Notes under the pieces: generated by a model
What the model was told of the DNA's origin: nothing
What the model saw: the letters and a program-made list of their open reading frames with translations, nothing else
The model's database searches: none
NCBI RefSeq assembly: GCF_009914755.1
Contig: NC_060935.1
Source of the DNA: the human T2T-CHM13v2.0 reference genome, Homo sapiens
DNA length: 64,000 bases
Reading direction: 5' to 3' (one strand)
Shown: piece after piece, positions 55,858-64,000 of the stretch
Position numbering within the stretch: the first letter of the stretch is position 1
How the letters are laid out: each line of letters opens with the position of its first letter
Position numbers and translations under genes: made by a program

Positions 55858-56400
55858 GTATCTTCAGAACTCCCCACAGGGTTCCATTAAACTGCATCAC
55901 AGCTCTACTTCTCCCCCTGCTGAACCATGCTCTCTCCCTTTCCTTTCATAATTTTAATTCTGAACATACTTTTTAATCAATCTGTTGCACCCTAACTTCC
56001 ATCTCAACGTTTGTATTTGGTGGTCATTTTGCTGCAGTAACTTAGCATGTACCTCATATAAATCCAAACTTTGAGTTCAGGAAGCTTAAGCCCTAAAGAA
56101 AAATAATTAGTCAAGCGATACTGAAGTAAAGCCAGAAATAAAGAGTTTATTGAAAAACTGTCACTAAGGATCTAGAATGACATCTGTGTCTAACACCCTA
56201 CTGGGTAAGGACATGTTGGTTTCCCTAGATTTTTCAATCACTGAAGGCATCTAATGAATTCCTATGTAGTATAGTATGCTGTTCTCACGTATGTACTATG
56301 GAGAACTGAACTAGCAGTGCCATTATGTTAGCTCTTAGGGAAAATGCTGTATAAATAGACTCAAGCAATCTTTGCTTTTTTAGTGTATTTCAGTGTTAAT

Positions 56401-56403
<3 letters not shown>

Positions 56404-56445
<42 letters not shown>
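56404..56445. repeat. (AT)21 microsatellite
   Basis: Uninterrupted AT run. Confidence 0.97.
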
Positions 56446-56448
<3 letters not shown>

Positions 56449-57039
56449 TGATTTAAGATAAATTAGATTAATGCTAAGGCTTAGGATAATTGCTCACTAG
56501 GATTACTTTCCCTAGAAACAGAACTTAATTGCTGAAGGATTTAGGCAGTAGTTTTCATTTGCTTCTGGCATCACCATAGTTTTCTAGTACAATTTTCTGT
56601 GTGGAATTTATTTATTTCCTTTGAAAGAGGTAGCTGTTATAGATCAGAAAGAGTATGGATCTTGTCTTGAAAAATGCCTAGTTTTGTGAGAAACTAAGTG
56701 GTATCTTTAAGTCAACTTTTGGCAGAGGTTTACATAATTATATGAGGTACATTAAATACTGCTTCAGGTGACAGAGAAGGACCAGTAGATCTAAGCCATG
56801 ACTGTACCCTAAACATCTGATTGCATTAGTTGTATTTAAATCGTGGGTCCCTGCTTTGACTATGACTTCTAGAAATCATTCGGGCAGGCTCTTCATGAGA
56901 GAAACTGATATTTCCTTTCATAATACTGAATCTTAACTCTGTTGCTGTATTGTGCAACCCTCTTCTGTCTTGAAAATATTATGCTATTTGTCCAAGGCTG
57001 TTTGACCTTTGTCAACTTTCAGACCCCATGAGGCTACAT

Positions 57040-57280
57040 GTAATAAGAATGGCTAATCTATAGTGAGTAATTTTTATATGTGCAAGAGTTTTAATTATTT
57101 TATTTAACCTCCACCACTTTATAAAGTTTATGATATTATTGTTCCTATTTTACCAATAAAGAAACAAAGGCAAAGAGAAAGGGGTGAGTAATTTACTCAA
57201 GGTTACACAGGCTAACATATTTTAGAGCCAGAGTTTGATAGCAGTTGGCACCAGACTGTGAGCTTTTAGCTATAACTCTA
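57040..57280 (-). mobile_element. MIR
   Basis: 'cctattttaccaataaagaaacaaagg...gtaatttactcaaggttacacag...agagccagagtttga'. Confidence 0.7.
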
Positions 57281-57725
57281 TGTTTATATTTAAACTATAA
57301 AATAAGCTACAAATACAAAGTCTTTATGATCAGTATAGTTTCTCTTTATGTACTTGCAGCTTACATGGGTGCTTAGTCAAAACTGCTCTGTGAACTTTTA
57401 GAAAGGGGTAGGGATAGTGTTACCTGACTATACAGAAAAGTCAAGAAAATTAATATAATACCTTGATTTTATTTTCCAAAGTTAGGTGTTTTGACTGAAC
57501 AGTCACCTTATACTATTTTTCCTTAAATAAATAACAGTAAGATCATGCCTTTTGTTCACGTGACATCTTTTATCAAAGACTCTCAAAGAGTTCCACAAAT
57601 GTTATATCACTGTCTCAGCACCTCTTTATCATACAATCTGGGACTGCAGTAGATGGCAAATAATTGAAGCTCAGCAGTATTAGGTGACTTATGTAAGGTC
57701 GCAGACCCAGACCATCATAGATCAT

Positions 57726-57727
<2 letters not shown>

Positions 57728-57764
<37 letters not shown>
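57728..57764. repeat. (AC)18 microsatellite
   Basis: Uninterrupted AC run. Confidence 0.97.
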
Positions 57765-57767
<3 letters not shown>

Positions 57768-58269
57768 ATTTGAGTTAATTTATTTTCAGTTCTCCTGCTG
57801 TATGATTTTAAATCAGACAAGATCCCTTCTCAATTACTGTCCTTGAACCAGAGTTGTACTCTCATTTAAACAGGTCCTAAGACAAAAAGTTAGGTCCTAG
57901 TTTGGCACCTCTCTGTGTGATACAGTAATAACAGGAAAAATGCTTTATAATTGTGCTGTAGTTAGTCACAGTTTGGTCATTTATATTGCATCATTTGATC
58001 TCCCAGAAGTCTAGAAGGTAGTATAATTATTCTCATCTTTTAAGTAAATGTACTGAGACTTCGAATAATGATTACTAGCTTAATTTAGTGTTTAATACAG
58101 GTATTTTAAAAACTCATATCTCTTTATTTCTAAAAATAAGGCAAAAAACCTTCAGATATTAGGAACTAATAGTATCCCCATTCTACAGATCAGGAAACTG
58201 TGACTCAAGTAATTTGCTGCAATTACAGGCAGCCTGTATTTTCCAACACTATGCATTTAATCCCCATGC

Positions 58270-58795
58270 TGTGTGACCTGGGGTCCCTGATAGGAATTAG
58301 TGGAGGTAACTTTAGAGTGTGTTTCATCACCACATCACACACACATCACTATTATCATCATTATCAGTGTCTTAGAATTCCTGAAATCAGACCCTGAGAG
58401 AAAGTGTTGCATGTAGGTTTATTGGAAAGAGCTCTCAGGAGATATATCTGAAAGAATTGAGGAAGACAGATTGGACAGGAAGAGAAGGTGACCTGCAATG
58501 CAGCTGTAGCTGAAGCCTCAGCAGGTCATTTTGGTGGGCTTTGTTGTTAAGAGGTGGCCCTTCAGAGTTTTCCAATTAAGTAAGAAGGTTGAGCCTTTGT
58601 ATCTGCACATGAGCCTCTCATTAAGAACAAGACAACCCCTAGAATTGGGAATAACTTTGCACAAGGCAGTTCTCTGCAGTAGAGGAGAGTTCCCCTGAAA
58701 GAAATCATCGTTAGACAATGGCAACTGATATTTCCAGCAGAGATGGTGAATACGTGGACCTTGATGAAGGGTTCTCAGCAAAGCACAGTAGCATC
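58270..58795 (-). mobile_element. LTR16-like ERVL LTR fragment
   Basis: 'cagaccctgaga...tttattgg...gaagagaaggtgacctgcaatgcag...tggcccttcagagtt'. Confidence 0.55.
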
Positions 58796-60689
58796 CATTA
58801 CCATCAATAACATTCATTAGGCATGTACCCTGTATCAGGAACTACACTTGGAACATTACATGTATCCTCCCATTCAGCTGTTGAAACTTTAAGAGGTGAA
58901 TATCAATATTGTCCTCATTTTGTAATTGATAAATTTGAGAATATTTGCCCATGACTACACAAGTGTGACTTGCACTCAGTCACCAAAGTATGTTGCCTCC
59001 CTACACTCAAGTTCCTATTCCCAAGATGAGTAAAATTTGACAAATACCTTAATTTCTCTGCAACTTTAAAGATGTATCCTCATCTTCAAATTGGTTATTG
59101 GACAGAATACAGGAAATTAACTGCAACATTAAATATAGAGAATTGTATATACTGCCTGACACATTGAATGCAGTTTATTTTTTTACCTGTCTAACTCAAA
59201 GAGATTAGTTCTAGTTGTGCCACCTTAAGACATAGCATTTTCTATCTAAAACATGTAAAATGAAGATCTTCAATCAATTTAAAACAAAAAAGTGATACTC
59301 CATTAAATCAGTGACTTCGTGCATACTTCATGTTGTCTAAAACTACGAGATCACCTTTCATGCCTGAGATATAATTCTGGAAGAGGGCTTATGAACAGTA
59401 AATAGCCATTTCTCCTTTCCTACTGTTTCTATCCTATATAAAACTGAAGTTATCTTAGCCTGTATGAGCAAATAACGTAAACTCAAATTATTTAGCCACC
59501 CCTTATCCTGCATTAAGAACTTTCAATGTCACTTTGCAAAAAGGATTTTTTTCTGTCATTATCAGAAGTTTCTGAAATCCATTGCTTAAAAGAATGTGCT
59601 ATTTCTCAAATTGAAATAGAGGATGAGAGATCTTTCAACTAATTAGGCAACTCTATTTTTCATCTGTTTTTTTTAAGTGGTACTCAATACACATTAAAAT
59701 TAGCAAAGGAAGAAAACTAGCAAGAGATTCTAGGCTCCATCTAGCATGTGAGATGCTACATCTTATCAATCCCTGGATTCTTCACCTTACCTAACAAAAT
59801 GCCTAGCAGAGCTAGTTCTCAATTACAAATAACTGGGGGACGATAATAAAAATTAGAATAATAAACTGGTATTCTATGTCCTGTATCAAAAGTTCCAGAT
59901 AGCTTATCAGCATCCAGTGTGACCTTGGATGTCACCTACCTCCCTGTGCTTCATTTTTTTATTCACTATAATAGTACTACTTGTTTTTATTTCCTACATG
60001 CTTTGAGAGTTTCAGAGTGCTGCAACGACCAAGTTTTATTATCCAATTACATTTTTATACAATTGTAACCAAAAACTTACGCAATCAGTTCCTTTCAAAA
60101 AGGTACATTCTCCATTTGAATCTGATTGATTTTGCAGTGAAAGGCTGAGATCTCAGCATAAATCCATGTAGCTGTTTAGTGGGCAGCCTGATTTCCATAG
60201 ACAACAGGAGAATGAAGTACGGTGGATGTGAGCTTAAGATAAATGATTAAATGAAAAAAGAGAGACCTGAACCAAATACAGCCTTAAATGTTACGTGGAT
60301 TTTATAAGTTACCTTCACCTTCAGAAGCTGAAGTGCTAAAATACAGCGAAGGAAAATGTGCCTCAGATAATTCCAATGAGGCAATGCATAGCATAGAAAT
60401 CTCAATTTTTCTAACCTTAAAAAGCAAGAAAACATAAGTGAAAGTTTAGGGAGCCAGTATTGGAAATAAATTTTAAGAGCTGTTGAAAGTGAATGTAAAC
60501 AAGATCTTCCATAAAAGATGTGTCAAACCATTTGCTAACAGTGGAGGGGAACCACAATGAAATTGGCAATAACCATTACTTCTGAATGTCACAGAAGGCA
60601 GAAAAATAAAGTAAAATCAATGTTAAAATGTAGTCTGGAAAGACAAACTGATGTTTGAAATAGGCTGGTCTGTTATAAATTTATATACA

Positions 60690-60930
60690 TGGTCTCTTTG
60701 TACTCATTATAGCCCATCCTTAAGCCAATATTGTGACTAGAGTAAAGAATATGCTAGTTAGCAGCCTTGAGGTGCATACCCACTTCTCAAACTAGGACTT
60801 AGTATCAGCCCAATTTATACCAAAACTGAGAAAAGACAGAGGTGTTTCTCCAAAGGAAAATCAATGTGAATTTACAGCAGTAGGAAAATGGAGGTAGAGC
60901 AGCCAGGCAAAACAGCAAATGTCCACTAAG
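60690..60930 (-). mobile_element. Old MLT1 fragment
   Basis: 'ctccaaaggaaaatc...caaaacagcaaatgtccacta'. Confidence 0.45.
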
Positions 60931-60954
60931 AATGAAAATGATTCCAAGATTTAC

Positions 60955-61120
60955 ATATGAGTATATAATACAAACATATATATAAATATATAGACATATA
61001 TAGAGACACATATATATATACATATATATGTGTCTTCACATATGGATTTATGTTTGTCTTTACATATGAATTTACATATAAACATATATGTATTGTACAC
61101 TGTATATATTGTATACTTTA
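60955..61120. repeat. (TA)-rich low-complexity tract
   Basis: Degenerate TA/CATA repeats. Confidence 0.75.
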
Positions 61121-61229
61121 TTTAATGAATGTAATATCTACAGTCACTTATTTCCTACTCAGAAAAAGTATTGGAGCAAGAAATATTTGATGGTCATTAA
61201 CTCTACTCAAAATCATGTTCAGTTCAGAA

Positions 61230-61405
61230 TTTTTGTTTTTTAATTTTTGTTTTGAGATGAAGTGTCCTTATGTTGCCCAGGCTGGAGTGCAGTGGCTAGT
61301 CAAAATAGCAATCATAGCTCACTGCAGCCTCAAACTCCTTGCCTCAAGTAATCCTCCCCATCTTTACCTCCAGAGTAGCTGGGACACATGTCACTGTACC
61401 CTACC
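61230..61405 (-). mobile_element. AluJ/FRAM fragment
   Basis: 'tgttgcccaggctggagtgcagtgg...atcatagctcactgcagcctcaaactcct'. Confidence 0.85.
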
Positions 61406-62114
61406 AGTGAGGTTTTAATATGAAATTTCATATTTGATTTCAGTAGTATATAATGAGGCCTATTGTCTATCTGATTTGATGAGATGTCATATTTAGCCAA
61501 TATGACTGAGAACTGTTAAATTTCTTGGTCTAGCTTTTTGGAAAAAAATACCATAAATAATGGTAAAGTGCATGGCTAAAAGGGACTCATGGAAAAGAAA
61601 CAAGAAAGACTGAGACAAGTGGGAAATGAGAAATTGGGAACTTCCTAGCAATGCGAAGATAAAATAGCATACAATTTCAGTGCTTTGGGTTTTTCACTAC
61701 TATGTTTTTCCCCCAAATCATCCAAAATAGTCAATTTTAATAAAATTGATAACAGACAGAGAAGATGGGGAAAATGCTGTGTGAAGGTTTTTCACTGCAA
61801 AAATTTTAAGTTAGACAAGTTTAATTTATGACAATCAAAGCATTTATGATACTGATTCTTCCTACCTTGCCAGTCTTATTTCTCACATCCTATCACCCAC
61901 TTAAACATGTCCTTCTAACCACTACTGCAGTATTCTTCACTTTAGAACATAAAGTCTTTGTAGTTTCTGAATTATAATAGTATAATAAAGACAAAATCAT
62001 TGCATTATTATCACATCTGATATTTATTGAGCACTTCCTATGTCCTCTTGTGTGAAGAAATTTAATCCTCATGGTAATTCTATGATACAGGTACTATTAT
62101 TTTTTAGAGAATCA

Positions 62115-62729
62115 TGTTAGTGTTTAAGGTCTTAAGATGGAAGAAGAATAAACAGCATTTATGGTTACTCAATCCTTGCCTGCTTCGAGGGCAAACTAGA
62201 ATCATGATATACATTTGGTTGATGCCTGTGAATGTGGTCCTCAAATTTTCTTTATGTTGGTGATTGATGATGTTATATTGTATGCCTGGGTAACAATAGG
62301 ACCCGATGTACCTGCTTGTCAGGAGTGCTTAGCAAGACTTAATGATGTACATCTGGCATCTATGCTAAGATCCTGAGTTTCAGTAATCATGGCTGACTGC
62401 ATAATGAAAAAGTGCCTATATGACAAGTCTACCATAAAAGCCTTAACCCTTGAGACTGCACGTCAATAGGCAGAGATTTCTCACTCGTATTTTGTAGTTC
62501 TCTACTAGAGAGAAAGTGGGTCTTATGAGACTCTGGAGAGGCAAGGAATTGAAAGCCTTCACCTTACCCGTTTTAACTTTCATCAATAAATATCTTTTTC
62601 CTGTGGCTATTACTTTTTGTTCTTTGCTGTGATAAATCTTAGCCATGAATACATAATTTCCTGTGGAGGTCTGTGAGTCCCGGCAAATCAGTGAACTTGA
62701 AAATAGTCATAGAATGGACCACCAAAACA
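62115..62729 (+). mobile_element. ERVL LTR, MER68/MER77/MER21C group, inserted in a MIR
   Basis: 3' end 'tttgctgtgataaatcttagccatgaatac...tctgtgagtcc...caaatcagtgaacttg'; MIR halves on both sides. Confidence 0.55.
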
Positions 62730-63169
62730 ATATTTAATCCTCCTAGTAATTAAATAGTATAGGTATTATTATTTTCCAGAAAATCGGGTTACTTCCCAAA
62801 GTCTTGGAACTAATGAGAGGAAATGTGCTATTCAAACAGAAGCAGTTTGTTTCTAGAACCAGAGCTCTATTTTGTCCATGAATCAATGCTGACAGTCTGT
62901 TTAGCCTAGTAAACGCCCTCTTGTGTTATTTGATGTATACATGTGTTACTTTCGCCAAGAAGGTTCCTTAAATCCAAAAGTGGAATAGTATCTTTCACTT
63001 ACCCTTTCATAGTAAATATACAATTATTTTGTAATTTCCTGTTTACATTAATTATAGCTTCACTGGAATCCTTTTATCATCAGTGATTGATGAAAGACAG
63101 AACAAGACCTTGTGTCTAAAAAGAAAGAAAATCAATGAAATTATCTGAATTATTAATTAAATTACTTTG

Positions 63170-64000
63170 ATAGGACTATATGCATTTTCTAGTTCCTCTT
63201 GGGTGATTTTTGGTAAGCTTTATTTTTATTTTTTCATGAATTATTCCATTTAATCCAAGTTGTCAAATATATTAGTGTAATATACCCCTACCATGTATTT
63301 AATATCTGTGAGATCTATATTACTGTCTATTATTCATGACATTGGTATTACGTATTTTCTATTTTGTATCCTTAAACTTGCTATGGATTTATCGATATTA
63401 TTAAATTTTCCAAAGAGTGATTTTTGGCTGTGTTTATTTTCTTTCTTTGATTCTATTTTCTATGTCATTGATTTTTGCTCTAAGTCTTATTATTTCCTTT
63501 CCTGCAATTACTTTCAGTCCATTTTGCTCTTGTTTTCCAGGTTCTTATGATAAATATTAGATAACTCTTTTTAAATATCTATTCTTTCTAATACAAGCAT
63601 TTATCTTTTAATCATCACTCTAATTGCATCATTGTCATTTACCTATTATATTGTCCTTATCATCCAATCAGAAATCTTTTCCAATTTCATTATGATTTCT
63701 TCTTTGATTCATTGGTTATTTAAAATATCAGGAAATTTAGACATTAAGTTTTTAATATAATTCTGCTTGGGACAGAGTAACTATTTTGGAAGTTGCAATT
63801 TTTTTAAATGCATAGAGAGTTATATTATAAACATTTTTTCTGTTGTTAATGTTCCATTTACACCTAGAAAAATGTGTTTACTGAATTTTGGGTGAGTTAG
63901 TCTATAAATGTTAATTATATCAGATTAGTTAATAGTATTTTTCAAATATTCTATATTCTAACTGATATTTTGTATAATTATATATTAATTATGAAAATAG
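63170..64000 (-). mobile_element. Old L1M ORF2 fragment, runs off window
   Basis: 'atgatttcttctttgattcattggttattt', 'ttaatgttccatttacacctagaaaaatgtg'. Confidence 0.75.

Larger units (their letters stand above)
52800..56015 (+). mobile_element. LTR16-like ERVL LTR split by the MSTB provirus (pieces ~52800-53023 and ~55858-56015)
   Basis: 'gctgacaactct...ccccttggggattg...gccaagg/gctaaggtca' upstream; 'cttcagaactcccc...gcatcacagctctacttctcc' downstream. Confidence 0.55.

Overview
AT-rich, CpG-poor primate genomic DNA, very probably human given a young LTR5_Hs with intact TSD. It reads as intergenic or deep intronic. I found no credible host protein-coding exon. The recognisable proteins in the ORF track are transposon-derived (L1 ORF2, Hsmar2 transposase, Alu/LTR open frames) and the rest look like chance ORFs. 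A large part of the window is interspersed repeats: a solo HERV-K(HML-2) LTR5_Hs (25120-26078), two LTR-internal-LTR MaLR proviruses (MSTA-like 22231-24555, MSTB-like 53024-55857), a twin-primed 5'-inverted L1PA (29153-32287), an Hsmar2 mariner split by a THE1B LTR, a Y3 RNA retropseudogene, Alus, and older L1M/L2/MIR/MLT/ERV fragments. The most unusual signal is a recurring set of locally templated insertions and fold-back scars: 202 bp, ~112 bp and ~83 bp copies of nearby DNA placed inside or at the edge of other elements, plus several small hairpin or iterative inserts. These look like break-repair or template-switch events of different ages. I see no evidence for a novel gene system. Repeat family names come from my recollection of consensus sequences, not a database search, and boundaries of old elements are approximate.
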